Source of the DNA: Patescibacteria group bacterium
Lineage (GTDB): Bacteria > Patescibacteriota > UBA1384 > XYA2-FULL-43-10 > 1-14-0-10-43-13
Assembly (NCBI GenBank): GCA_041674765.1
Contig: JBAYVE010000001.1
Span: 2,321 to 66,320 of the forward strand
Direction: 5' to 3'
DNA: 64,000 nt
A model generated the notes under the pieces. That model was given only the letters and a program-made list of their open reading frames with translations, ran no database searches and was not told the origin of the DNA. This document shows positions 28,696 to 38,477 of the stretch, piece after piece. Each line of letters starts with the position of its first letter. The first letter of the stretch is position 1. Made by a program: the position numbers and the translations under genes.

Positions 28696-30516
28696 TTATT
28701 GTTGTCCTAGTATTTGTTTGGGGTCGGTAGTGATAATTTGATCTTCCGTGTACGAAGCTACTGCTTTGAAAGCAACGTGATTTAATCCTGCAAAGAAAAG
28801 ACCCTCTCCGACGTCTGACTCCAAAAGTAAATACTTTTCACCTTCAGTCAGGTTAAAAGTCTCAGCCACAAGGTCAACAGAAGCTGTTGATTGCTTCATC
28901 AATACCTGCATCGAGGAGTTGGCGACCACGGCCTTTCCATAACGGCTGGACAGAAAATCTTCTACATCCTGACTTATTATCGTCAATCCCAGATAGTATT
29001 TTCTGGCTCTTTTGGCCAAACCGTGAAGGAATTTCGCCGAGTCCTCGTATTGCATCATCCACCAAGCTTCATCGACGATCATCAGGCGCTTTTTCATCTC
29101 CATCCGAACTTTGGTCCAGATATAATCAAGAACAGTGTAAATGGCGATTGGCCGAAGCTGTTCATCCAGATCCCGGACAGAGAAAACAACAAATCCGGGT
29201 TTCAAGGTAAAATTCGTTCGTTGATTGTAAAGATTGGCAAAAGTGCCCTCGGTAAATTTCGACAGCCTGGCACGCAGAGACTCCGTGCCCTGTAGATTTG
29301 AGAGAATGTTGTAAAAATCTTGGAGTAGGGGAGGCTCGTTCTTCTGACTCTCAGGGTCAAAGGTAATATCCTTTAGGGCATATGTTTCAAAGAGCGCTTT
29401 GTCCACCACAGCATCTTCTTCCGGCGAAAGTCCGCCAACCATCAGATTTATCAACCCATGCAAAGAGGAGATGTTTGACCGCAACACATCTTCGCCCGAT
29501 TCTTTATCATTGGTCGGTAGATCAAAAGGGTTGATTCTTTTATCAGAATTCAAGGAAATATTTAGATAGCTACCATTGACGGCGTCACTCAGCGTCTTGT
29601 ATTCGTTTTCAGGATCTATCACGATGACGTCAGCTCCCAGCATCAGATAACGGATTGCTTCCAATTTGACGAAATAAGATTTACCTGAGCCTGATTTGGC
29701 GAACACAACGGAATTGGCATTCTCCAAATGAAAACGGTCAAAGATGATCAGCGAATTGTTGTGCCGGTTGATACCGTATAGGACGCCTTCATCCTGAGTC
29801 AATTCTGAGGAGGTAAAGGGGAAAGTCGACGAGAGAGAACCGGTATCCAAATTCCGCAAAACATTTACCTTGTCGGTGAATAAAGGCAGTGTCGCTTGAA
29901 AACCTTGCTCCATCTGGAAAACTGTTTCCTTCGTGTAGATAAGAAGACCTCCCAGGGTGGATTCCAGCTGATCACAGAGCGTCCGTAATTCCTCTTGAGA
30001 CCTGGCATATAAAGTAAAGTAGAGGCCGAATTGGAAGAGCCGAACCTCGCCTCTTTGAAGAACGTCTCGGAGGGATTCTACATCGCCCAGAGCAGTCTCC
30101 ATCTCAGGATCCCGAGGCTTACCCTTTTCATGATCGATTGACATTGTAGATTCGAGTTTACCAACCTGGGTTTTGAGCTGATACATCACCTCCTTGGATT
30201 CCAAAGGGTGAATGTACATCCCAATGTCCATGTTCATGTCATAGTTGATTACAGGAGAAAGCCAGTTCGTCTCCAAATATCGAGGGTAAGTAAAAACAAA
30301 GAGAGTTTTGATATAAAAGGATCCCACTTGAATATAGTTTGGGGTAACCACATAAGAAGCAGGCGCAATAATATCCCGGATCGATGCCACTCCCTGGCTT
30401 GGCACGTCCTTCTTTTCCTTGGTATCGCGAACATAAGCAACTTCGCGCTCGGAAATATTATTCTGGGCTAGTTGACGTGCATCTACATTTTTAGTTGTTT
30501 GGTCTAAATCAGCCAT
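28696..30516 (-). CDS. virB4: VirB4-like type IV secretion ATPase
   Basis: YGINRHNNSLIIFDRF, Walker A AKSGSGKS, VIDPENEY, INPFDL, Walker B IVDEAW, KRARKY, ISQDVEDF. Start set at ATG 30516, overlapping the upstream stop by 8 nt. Confidence 0.92.
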   Translation of the reverse strand: MADLDQTTKNVDARQLAQNNISEREVAYVRDTKEKKDVPSQGVASIRDIIAPASYVVTPNYIQVGSFYIKTLFVFTYPRYLETNWLSPVINYDMNMDIGMYIHPLESKEVMYQLKTQVGKLESTMSIDHEKGKPRDPEMETALGDVESLRDVLQRGEVRLFQFGLYFTLYARSQEELRTLCDQLESTLGGLLIYTKETVFQMEQGFQATLPLFTDKVNVLRNLDTGSLSSTFPFTSSELTQDEGVLYGINRHNNSLIIFDRFHLENANSVVFAKSGSGKSYFVKLEAIRYLMLGADVIVIDPENEYKTLSDAVNGSYLNISLNSDKRINPFDLPTNDKESGEDVLRSNISSLHGLINLMVGGLSPEEDAVVDKALFETYALKDITFDPESQKNEPPLLQDFYNILSNLQGTESLRARLSKFTEGTFANLYNQRTNFTLKPGFVVFSVRDLDEQLRPIAIYTVLDYIWTKVRMEMKKRLMIVDEAWWMMQYEDSAKFLHGLAKRARKYYLGLTIISQDVEDFLSSRYGKAVVANSSMQVLMKQSTASVDLVAETFNLTEGEKYLLLESDVGEGLFFAGLNHVAFKAVASYTEDQIITTDPKQILGQQ

Positions 30517-31495
30517 TTGATGGTTCTGTCTCCTGTTTAGTTTCCTCTTGGCCCTTTTCGTCATCTGCGACCGGCACGGCCGGTCCTGTTTTCCCGGGAG
30601 TTGGACTGTCCGGGGTATCTTTGGTTTGTGAGCTCGAAGTTTGTCCGTTGCTACTTTTGCTTGACTCGGCTTGAGCCGCTTCTGCCTTGAGTCTCTCTTC
30701 CTGTTCAATCTTTCGCTGTGCCAAAACAACATTGGAATTGTCGATCATATCTAATTCTTCCTGGCTTTTTTTGCCGTCATTTTCAGTCTCTGCAGCATCA
30801 GCTACTTTCATTTTCTTCTTAGTCTCGCTCGCAGCGATAATAATGGGGGAGGCGAGTGAAACAGCATCTTCAATTCGCTCCTTTGAAGCTTCATCAGGAT
30901 TGTAGACCTGATAAAACAATTCTATTAACTGTTCAGTCGATAATTGGAAGCAGTGAAGGCCCATGCTTCCCAAGCCTTGGGCTACTATTGCGCCCCTTTC
31001 CATTATTTTTTTTGCATTGGTCTCAAATTCCTGGTCTGTAATTTTGATATGGTCGTAAATGGTCGCTTTTTTCGGTTTAAATAACTTATCAAATAAACCT
31101 GATTGTTGAATTGCCATCGGCTGGTAGGAGACAACAACGTAAAAATTCTTTTTCATTATGTTGGCCATCGTAATCAGTTCGCCAATGAAGTCTATGTAGT
31201 CGTCGGTCTGTGCCTTCAAGAGTTCGTTCCCCTGGCTTTTGGCTATATCGGTCAGTTTCTTCAGGTATGGCGCCAAGTCGAGCTGTTTTGATCTGATAAT
31301 TATTTCGATTGGGAAATGGAGTGAGTTGAGAAAACCCTGATATTGAAAAACAATCGAATTTTGTTCAGCCTCGCTTTTTAGGTTAAAATTGGCGGCTGCG
31401 ACCTGTAAGACTATCCGGTAGGAACCGTCTTTTAGGATGATAATGCCGTCTTTTATTCCGGCGATATCGATAGCTTGTTGAGTGGAAAACACCAT
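30509..31495 (-). CDS. T4SS-associated protein resembling a detached VirB4/TraC N-terminal region
   Basis: STQQAIDIAGIKDGIIILKDG...NFNLKSEAEQ...FLNSLHFPIEI; lies between prgI-like and virB4. Confidence 0.7.
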   Translation of the reverse strand: MVFSTQQAIDIAGIKDGIIILKDGSYRIVLQVAAANFNLKSEAEQNSIVFQYQGFLNSLHFPIEIIIRSKQLDLAPYLKKLTDIAKSQGNELLKAQTDDYIDFIGELITMANIMKKNFYVVVSYQPMAIQQSGLFDKLFKPKKATIYDHIKITDQEFETNAKKIMERGAIVAQGLGSMGLHCFQLSTEQLIELFYQVYNPDEASKERIEDAVSLASPIIIAASETKKKMKVADAAETENDGKKSQEELDMIDNSNVVLAQRKIEQEERLKAEAAQAESSKSSNGQTSSSQTKDTPDSPTPGKTGPAVPVADDEKGQEETKQETEPSNG

Positions 31496-31518
31496 AATAT
31501 AAACTTTAAAATAATTTG

Positions 31519-31932
31519 TTATTGTTTAATCAGAACTTTTCCCGTGTCATACTTCTTCGCTATATTGCTTATTTCATCATGACTGACATTCTTGTGCTGA
31601 ACCGTCGTTCCTTTCTTCTCGACATGATATATTTCTATCCTCAGATCGGAATCATCACCTTGGTGCCAGACCCTTTTTTTCGGTTGGGATACATAGGCAA
31701 TAGCGGCTTTAAAGAAATCCAAGAAAGGGCGCTCATTGATCTTGATGAAATCCAAGCAGATGACAAATACCGCAATCGGTGTGATCAAAATATAGGAAAA
31801 CGGCTTGGGGATAGCAGAATAAATGGCATATGAACAGCCAAAGCCAATTACGGCATAGATAAACTGAACCATTGTTAATGGCCCGAGGACTCGATCTTTC
31901 ATATCGATATTTTGCGGAACTTTATACCTCAA
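31519..31932 (-). CDS. PrgI family (VirB3-like) membrane protein
   Basis: YKVPQNIDMKDRVLGPLTMVQFIY, two TMs, PKKRVW; TTG start after AGGAGG. Confidence 0.88.
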   Translation of the reverse strand: MRYKVPQNIDMKDRVLGPLTMVQFIYAVIGFGCSYAIYSAIPKPFSYILITPIAVFVICLDFIKINERPFLDFFKAAIAYVSQPKKRVWHQGDDSDLRIEIYHVEKKGTTVQHKNVSHDEISNIAKKYDTGKVLIKQ

Positions 31933-32022
31933 AAGCCCCTCCTAGGCCTAAGTTATGACTATAAAGTTAGTATAACAAAAAAAAGGAATGCAACAAAGAG
32001 GACGAAGCTTGGGCAAAGATTA

Positions 32023-32943
32023 TCAAGGATGGATGATAGGAGAAGGTTTTGCTGCCTGTGCTGCAAACTGGTTTTTCCGAATTAGAGGCTTGCCGGCTCT
32101 TTCTAATTCACTTGAAGTGATTAGCGTTGAATAAAAATAAAGCATGGCTGATCGTTCACGAATATAATTTTCAGCTTCTTCATAATTATCGGTTTTAAGG
32201 CCATGCGCTGTAAGATAAATTTTAGTGTCTGCAATTTCCTCGGCGTTGACGATATAAATCAATGCTTCCTCGCAATTGACCTCTTCTTTGAGCTTTTCTA
32301 TATCGAGTTCGAGTCTGTTTGTGAGGCGGTAGAAATCGACAACTTTGGGATAGATTTCTTTGAGCTGGGGGATAGTAATGGGATATTCAATATAATTATG
32401 CATCACAAGCAAAATTTCTTTTGCTAAAGCGCTGATTTTCTTTAAGGTCTCAGGGTTTTCTTCCCCCGATCCTTTATAAAGTCGGGCGAAGTTATCGACT
32501 TGAGGCTTAACAGCGAGATAGCAAAGGTTTTCATAGCCATTCTTAATCTGTCTGCATCGGACAACAATTTCCTGCCAAGACTTGACCTGCTGACTTATGA
32601 CATATTTCTCATTTAGCCGAAATGTGCCCTGAAATAGCTTGGCAAGAGTAATATTTATATCATTCAGACTCCCATCTTTCATTCCAGCTATCGCAAAAAT
32701 AATCCGTTTGCGATCATCATCGATTGCTATTGATCCGCATGTCTCAGCCAGGAGACATGCCAGTATTATTTTGTGGCGTGCAATTTCTCGAAGTAGGCAA
32801 TTTTCAAAAAAGAGATACCAAAAATTTATATAATCAGGTCTCGGCAATGCCGTTACAAATGTTTTTACTTCCTCAAAACTATGAGTTTCCAGGTAGAAGG
32901 CGTAGTTTTTTGCGTCAGTGATATCTTTTTCGGTTTCGATCAT
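32023..32943 (-). CDS. Hypothetical soluble helical protein
   Basis: 306-aa ORF co-oriented inside the cluster; no motif recognised. Confidence 0.7.
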   Translation of the reverse strand: MIETEKDITDAKNYAFYLETHSFEEVKTFVTALPRPDYINFWYLFFENCLLREIARHKIILACLLAETCGSIAIDDDRKRIIFAIAGMKDGSLNDINITLAKLFQGTFRLNEKYVISQQVKSWQEIVVRCRQIKNGYENLCYLAVKPQVDNFARLYKGSGEENPETLKKISALAKEILLVMHNYIEYPITIPQLKEIYPKVVDFYRLTNRLELDIEKLKEEVNCEEALIYIVNAEEIADTKIYLTAHGLKTDNYEEAENYIRERSAMLYFYSTLITSSELERAGKPLIRKNQFAAQAAKPSPIIHP

Positions 32944-32958
32944 ACAAATTTCTTTTTA

Positions 32959-35733
32959 TTACTTCAAGAACCTGGCTGGAATCTCGACGCCAGGATATTT
33001 TCGTCGGAATTCGTCAACGCCAAGAAAGCTGACCAGGTCATCAATTTTATCGCCAATTTTGACTTTCTTTCCGTTTATTTCAATTGTCTCCGTCGCATCC
33101 AACCCAGAGGCATTATCGAGTTCCTTGCCGCCTTCACGGGAAACAGGAGCGTACTGCAGCTTGGCCTCTGCATCAAAACCTTGCCGATATTGTCCGCCAG
33201 GACCGCGGATATCAGCATTTATAACGGCCTGATTCATTTTGCCGAGGACATCAAGCCCCTGAGTATATTCGGCGCTAGTGACATTTTCACCAGCGGCTTT
33301 TCGAAGGTCTACTTTTAAGGTATTTTTAGTTGAATCCCATACAAAGGTGGCAGCACTTTCGAGTTCGGATTTCTGGACTTTTGTCAGGTCTGCTGCCTTT
33401 CTCACAGCAGCCTCTCGTAGATGGACTTGGAAACCAGAGGCGTCAGTTTCGTCAGCCAGAAATTCGTCAATTTTGGCAGATTTCTCTGCGTCGGTAAGGG
33501 CTTTGAACCCAGCATCTACTTCTCCATAACTTGACATCGCATCTTTTTTAATGGCGATAAATTGGCCGCCGTTCATAACAGTTTCGAGACCTCTTTCATG
33601 CTTTTGGGCTAGTTTATCCCTTACAACCACAGCACCGGCGGCGTCCTCAGTATCACTAGCCGCTTCTAATTCCGCGCTTGTAAACATGTCATGGATGTTT
33701 GACCATGTCGAAGTTTGGGAACTAACCCCTTGAAGAGAATTTTTTATCTCCGAGAAGATTTTCCAATACTCTTTACCGTTGAGATCTCCTGCTCTATTTG
33801 TAACCATTTTCATAAACCAATCTCTCATCTCACCTGTTGCCAAACGAGCCGACTCTTCGGAGATGCGTTTTTCCGTTGTCGAGCCATATTCCTCTTTGTT
33901 TATAGCAGAGAGCTCTTTCATCGTTCTGTCGCGAAGTAGTCCTTTAATTGCCTCGGGCTCGCCATCTGTCAGAGAGCCAGCTTTTGAAATATCTTCACTG
34001 ATAACGTTGCCGTTCTCATCCATTGGAACTATACCTTGCAATGATATTCGGCCTAGTCCTATAAATTTGTTGTTATTTTTATCAAAGTATCTAGAGTCTG
34101 ATTTCAATGAATCCAGTTGGGCGGCATAGCTCAATTCAGCAATCTTTAGCTCCTTTTCAGCAATCACCCTCTGATCTTCTAGCTTTTTCCTTACTACCGG
34201 ATCGGTAACGTCCGGATCTGCAAGCATGGCTTCGACTTTCTCAATTGTATCGCTGTGCTTACGGAAGGATTCGACTACTTCATTTAATTTATATGCGTTC
34301 GCCTTGACCTCTCGGCGGTTATCACTGTCTGATTTTCCACCAAGCCTTTCGTATGGCTGAGCCATCCTAACTGCTTGCAACAAGTCCTCCCAGACTGCCC
34401 GGAATTGTTTATTATCATGAAAAGCAGGATCGCCTAAAGCGGCCATCCCCTTTGCCTTATTCTTGAAATTATTTAGATAAGTATCATCTGCCTCGACTCT
34501 CATCTCATACTGTCTGGTTCTTAAATACGCCTCTTTGCCTTCTGCGCCGCCTAGCTCATAGTATTTTCTCTTTAAGTTCTTGTCTTTCCAATCTTTTTCA
34601 CCATAGAGTGAATTGACGTTATCCATATACTGACCCCATTTGGCTTGGTCTTTGTCGCTCATATATCGGATGCCGCCTGTTTTACCACCAAACGCTTCTC
34701 GATAAAGCTGATCGTCCCAGCCTTCAGATTCTTTTTTATGCCAATCTCTGGCAGCTTGGACCCTTCTAGCACGTCTAACCCAAGCACCGATAGGATTTGC
34801 CAAAGCATTTGGACTCTTGCTACCAAAGCTCTTGAACCAGTTGCCGATCGTTGTCTTCTTATCTTCCACCATAGGATCGATCCACTTGGACTTGACCTTG
34901 CTACCAGCCCATTTGCCAGCTTTTTTGACGGTCAGATTGCCAAATTGATTCATCAGCGATCCACCGACCTTAAATGGGGCCATGATAGCCATTATGATCG
35001 TTGCTAGAGTCAGAATACGCATCATAAAGCTATTATCCGAAATATTGCCAAGCTGGAAACCGAGCCAAAGGATGGCGATGGAGATTACCGGCATAAATGT
35101 CCAGCGAAGCATGTAACTCCACCACTGATTAAATAAGCTTTTTGTTTGAGGAAGGATCATCGCCAGGAAAGCTAGGGGAGAAACCATTATCAATACGTAT
35201 ACGACCCAATTCCGAAAAAGGAAGAGAAAAGCCAAGACCAAGGCACCAATTCCAATGGCCAGAATAGTTATCGAGTTCAGGAATGCATCGAAACCTCCGT
35301 CGAAGTTGAATTGCGGCATCTCCAGACCCAATGAGTTATCGACAGCACTGGTATTCGTAAAGAAAGTCATTGCAACGCTGGAGGCATCGACAAGGATTCT
35401 TGAGATTAGGAAACTGAAATTCGCTGCGATGACAGCGAGCAGAAGAGTGGGGATCAATTTTTTGATCCCGTAAGTATTAGCATTTATCCGTAGTATCTCC
35501 ATAAAGGCGATAGCAACAAGAATAAGAATGAGTAGAGAATTGGCTGTAGTTAAAAGCATGCCCCAAACTTCGCGTATCACTGTCCCCGGTTGTCCACTTC
35601 CTGTTAGGACTTTACACATCGGTTCAACTGTTGACGCCTGCGCGGAATCAGGTAATAAGAAAAAAGCTAGTGGCGATAATACCAATAGTAAATTCAATAA
35701 TCTCCAAATTATCCTTTGCTTTGTCAGGTGCAC
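32959..35733 (-). CDS. VirB6/TrbL-like polytopic membrane protein with long cytoplasmic helical tail
   Basis: W..L...ANSL..YGIKKLIPTLLLAVIAANFS..RILVD; R..VYVLIMVSPLAFLAMILPQTKSLFNQWW. Confidence 0.75.
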   Translation of the reverse strand: MHLTKQRIIWRLLNLLLVLSPLAFFLLPDSAQASTVEPMCKVLTGSGQPGTVIREVWGMLLTTANSLLILILVAIAFMEILRINANTYGIKKLIPTLLLAVIAANFSFLISRILVDASSVAMTFFTNTSAVDNSLGLEMPQFNFDGGFDAFLNSITILAIGIGALVLAFLFLFRNWVVYVLIMVSPLAFLAMILPQTKSLFNQWWSYMLRWTFMPVISIAILWLGFQLGNISDNSFMMRILTLATIIMAIMAPFKVGGSLMNQFGNLTVKKAGKWAGSKVKSKWIDPMVEDKKTTIGNWFKSFGSKSPNALANPIGAWVRRARRVQAARDWHKKESEGWDDQLYREAFGGKTGGIRYMSDKDQAKWGQYMDNVNSLYGEKDWKDKNLKRKYYELGGAEGKEAYLRTRQYEMRVEADDTYLNNFKNKAKGMAALGDPAFHDNKQFRAVWEDLLQAVRMAQPYERLGGKSDSDNRREVKANAYKLNEVVESFRKHSDTIEKVEAMLADPDVTDPVVRKKLEDQRVIAEKELKIAELSYAAQLDSLKSDSRYFDKNNNKFIGLGRISLQGIVPMDENGNVISEDISKAGSLTDGEPEAIKGLLRDRTMKELSAINKEEYGSTTEKRISEESARLATGEMRDWFMKMVTNRAGDLNGKEYWKIFSEIKNSLQGVSSQTSTWSNIHDMFTSAELEAASDTEDAAGAVVVRDKLAQKHERGLETVMNGGQFIAIKKDAMSSYGEVDAGFKALTDAEKSAKIDEFLADETDASGFQVHLREAAVRKAADLTKVQKSELESAATFVWDSTKNTLKVDLRKAAGENVTSAEYTQGLDVLGKMNQAVINADIRGPGGQYRQGFDAEAKLQYAPVSREGGKELDNASGLDATETIEINGKKVKIGDKIDDLVSFLGVDEFRRKYPGVEIPARFLK

Positions 35734-37718
35734 TTTCCTCCATATCCGATCGCATCGCGTAAAAGGCCGAGACCAAGGTTAGCCAGAGGCTCTAAAATAG
35801 TATTGTAAATCAACCTCAACACAATGCAGATTGAAAAGCTTATATATTCTAAAGGACTAAGCATAGATGCATTTGGCGAGATACAATCGCCTTTTGCTCC
35901 TTCTTGGATAGCAGCAGCGTTCCATTCATTGGCTAGGGTTTGATCAGCAAATCTTTGTGCCACAGCGTTCTTATCATCTAAGATTTCTTGAGTAAAGCCA
36001 AAGGCTTTTTTTGTCTCGTCTGTAATGTTTTCACTTCCCATTATACATTCGTGAAATTCAATATTTTTTTGAAGATAAAAAAGTCCTAATTCTGATTGGA
36101 AAACAGCGGTTAGATAATCTTCCTGGGTATTTTGAGCATAAGCCTTTATTCCCCAAAGAGCTATGCCTATTGTGATGATACCTATGAGGGCGTATATATT
36201 GGCTTTTCCAGGGCTCTTAGACCAAAATTTGTTTCCAGCTGCTTTGATTTTAGCAGCTGGCCGTGAGGCTGGTACTATTAACTCAGCCCCGGGTTTTGGG
36301 GCAGTAAGTGCAACATTTGCACCTTTTGAAGATGGCATAAGAATATTTGTCCCTGGGTGCGTTCTTTCAATTTGGGCAATAGCCTTTTCCGTAACAGCTG
36401 CTCCGGTAGTGGTAACTTCTGCAACTGACGCAGCAGCTCTAGCATCTTGCAAGCTTTTTAGTTTATTATACCCAACGAATGCGGCACCTACTTCACCAGC
36501 GCCGACAATGACTTCAGCGGCGCTTGTAAAATCCATATCAAATTGTCCTTCCGGGTACTCCTTGCCTTTATTCCATGGCATTGCTTTCCACCAATCAGAG
36601 TATTTGCTTCTAGCCTCTTCGCTGGTGAACATCTTTATGCCCTTTATTGCCAAGTCGTACTGCTTGTCTAAATAAGCGCCGTTCACAGAATGGATATCAG
36701 GATATTCTGATCCAGAGTTAGCATAAAAAGACGTATACATCGCCATGTCTATATCTGCGTTTTTATATTTAGAGCCGTCAAATTTTTGTTTTACTTCTGT
36801 ACCATTTATTTTGGCGATCTCAGAAGCGAATTCTTCGGCTACGCTCTTAATTGCATCCAAATTCTTCCAGCCGGTTTGCGATTCGGGCTTAACTATGAGG
36901 TTGCGGCATTGATCGACAGCTTCTTTCGGCATATTGCCCTGAATTAATTTTGGCTTTGTGCCACTTTTAAGATACTCGATAGTTTGTTTCAAATACCAAC
37001 CGAAGATCCAGTTAGTGTCGTTCGTGGCAGCCCAATGAAGGCCAATTTTTTCTTTCTCGTTATAGGGATTCTCATAGTAGAAATCCCAGTTCATTAATTT
37101 CCCGTTTGCATCCTTCGCGCATGCCATGAAGAGTGTAAAATCACCCGAATTATCTTTTTGGCACTCTTTCCATGCAAGAGCATCGATCACGGTTCCGTCT
37201 GGAATTTGAGGGTAGAAACCATACTCACCTGCAGGTTTCGAGGTGTCATTTCTTGTTGTTGGTCTGGTGATGAGGACTAAGGGATATTTACCGCTGCCAG
37301 CAGGGGCGCCGTTAACCTTTAACTCTTTTATGGATTCTGATAGATCGATTGTTTTGCCTTCACTAGTTACGGTATATCCGGTTATATATAACAGATCAAC
37401 ATCCCATGAACCATTATCGGCATTGTCATTTTCTACTGTCATATTTCGCCATCGAGTGCCACCGGTTCCATAGTTGGTGTAAGTGATCTTTGCTAGTTTT
37501 CTCTTGCCATCTTCTGTAAAATAGATTGAATGAACCACATTACCAGCGATATGTGTGCTGGTCCCATCTCCAATAGTTGCGTTGGTAGATGACCATGTAG
37601 CGGTTTTTTCCTCAAATTGGGGATTGGGCACCTCTGCGTGAGCAATGTCCGCGAAGATAGGTGAAAAGTAGCCTATCAAAAAAGAAAATAGTACTAGATA
37701 ACTTACAATTTTTTTCAT
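35724..37718 (-). CDS. Exported/membrane protein of the T4SS-like cluster
   Basis: Signal peptide (..IAHA), Ala/Gly-rich hydrophobic segments, Cys-containing hydrophobic C-terminus; GGAGG RBS. Confidence 0.75.
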   Translation of the reverse strand: MKKIVSYLVLFSFLIGYFSPIFADIAHAEVPNPQFEEKTATWSSTNATIGDGTSTHIAGNVVHSIYFTEDGKRKLAKITYTNYGTGGTRWRNMTVENDNADNGSWDVDLLYITGYTVTSEGKTIDLSESIKELKVNGAPAGSGKYPLVLITRPTTRNDTSKPAGEYGFYPQIPDGTVIDALAWKECQKDNSGDFTLFMACAKDANGKLMNWDFYYENPYNEKEKIGLHWAATNDTNWIFGWYLKQTIEYLKSGTKPKLIQGNMPKEAVDQCRNLIVKPESQTGWKNLDAIKSVAEEFASEIAKINGTEVKQKFDGSKYKNADIDMAMYTSFYANSGSEYPDIHSVNGAYLDKQYDLAIKGIKMFTSEEARSKYSDWWKAMPWNKGKEYPEGQFDMDFTSAAEVIVGAGEVGAAFVGYNKLKSLQDARAAASVAEVTTTGAAVTEKAIAQIERTHPGTNILMPSSKGANVALTAPKPGAELIVPASRPAAKIKAAGNKFWSKSPGKANIYALIGIITIGIALWGIKAYAQNTQEDYLTAVFQSELGLFYLQKNIEFHECIMGSENITDETKKAFGFTQEILDDKNAVAQRFADQTLANEWNAAAIQEGAKGDCISPNASMLSPLEYISFSICIVLRLIYNTILEPLANLGLGLLRDAIGYGGKCT

Positions 37719-37807
37719 TTACCCCTCCGGTAATAGTGCATTTTAGTAATCACAAAAATTATACCACAAAGATCTTAAAATCAGTAAACAAATTTTTTAA
37801 TACAAAT

Positions 37808-38476
37808 CTATTCTATAGCGTTCAGATATTGCCGGACAAGTTCATCGTCGGGATTGAGAGACTTGGCGGCAGTAAATGATTGCTTCGCTTCCTCCCGCAA
37901 TTGTTTTTTCAGATTAGAATTCATCTCGATATTTTCAGCAATTTTCAACTGGGAAATACCCAGATATAGCCAGCCGTCGGCGGAAGTTTTGTCCATCTCG
38001 ATAGCAATTTTGGCAGCAGCTGACGCTAACTGAAACTCCTCTTTCTCAATTAGTAATTTAGAATTTTTGACGGCTTGAATGGGCTCAGCGGGGACTTTCT
38101 TTGCTAATTCAAAATATTGTGATTGCTCGGTCAGCTTTTTTTCTTTGAAAAAGTCTTCTAGAGATAATATATCGCTAGTTCCAAGCTCAGCCAATTGCCG
38201 TCTTTCCGCTGCTTTTTCGTTCTTGCCATTTAAGACTAAGGCTTTTTTATATTCCAAGTCGGCACTCAAAAATTTCTTCTGCTCTAAGTACAAGTCGCCC
38301 TTTTCGACATAATTATTCGACCATTTGCCTCGAGCCGGTTTAGTTAGTAAGGATAAGGTCAACAGTATTATCAGAAAAATAAGTGTCCATTTCAGGCATT
38401 TCATAAGCAGAGGATTACCTAGGAGGAAGGAACCTTTATTCTTTTGATCAGGCGGAATTGCCATCGGCATTGGCAT
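37808..38476 (-). CDS. Membrane-anchored TPR protein
   Basis: TM then GD.Y...A..EYKKAL.L, A..GWLYLG, and A..LNP helical repeats. Confidence 0.75.
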   Translation of the reverse strand: MPMPMAIPPDQKNKGSFLLGNPLLMKCLKWTLIFLIILLTLSLLTKPARGKWSNNYVEKGDLYLEQKKFLSADLEYKKALVLNGKNEKAAERRQLAELGTSDILSLEDFFKEKKLTEQSQYFELAKKVPAEPIQAVKNSKLLIEKEEFQLASAAAKIAIEMDKTSADGWLYLGISQLKIAENIEMNSNLKKQLREEAKQSFTAAKSLNPDDELVRQYLNAIE

Positions 38477-38477
38477 C

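Noticed and set aside
30517-30732. N-terminal extension of VirB4 in the track
   Set aside because: It overlaps the upstream gene by more than 200 nt. ATG 30516 gives a typical 8-nt coupling.
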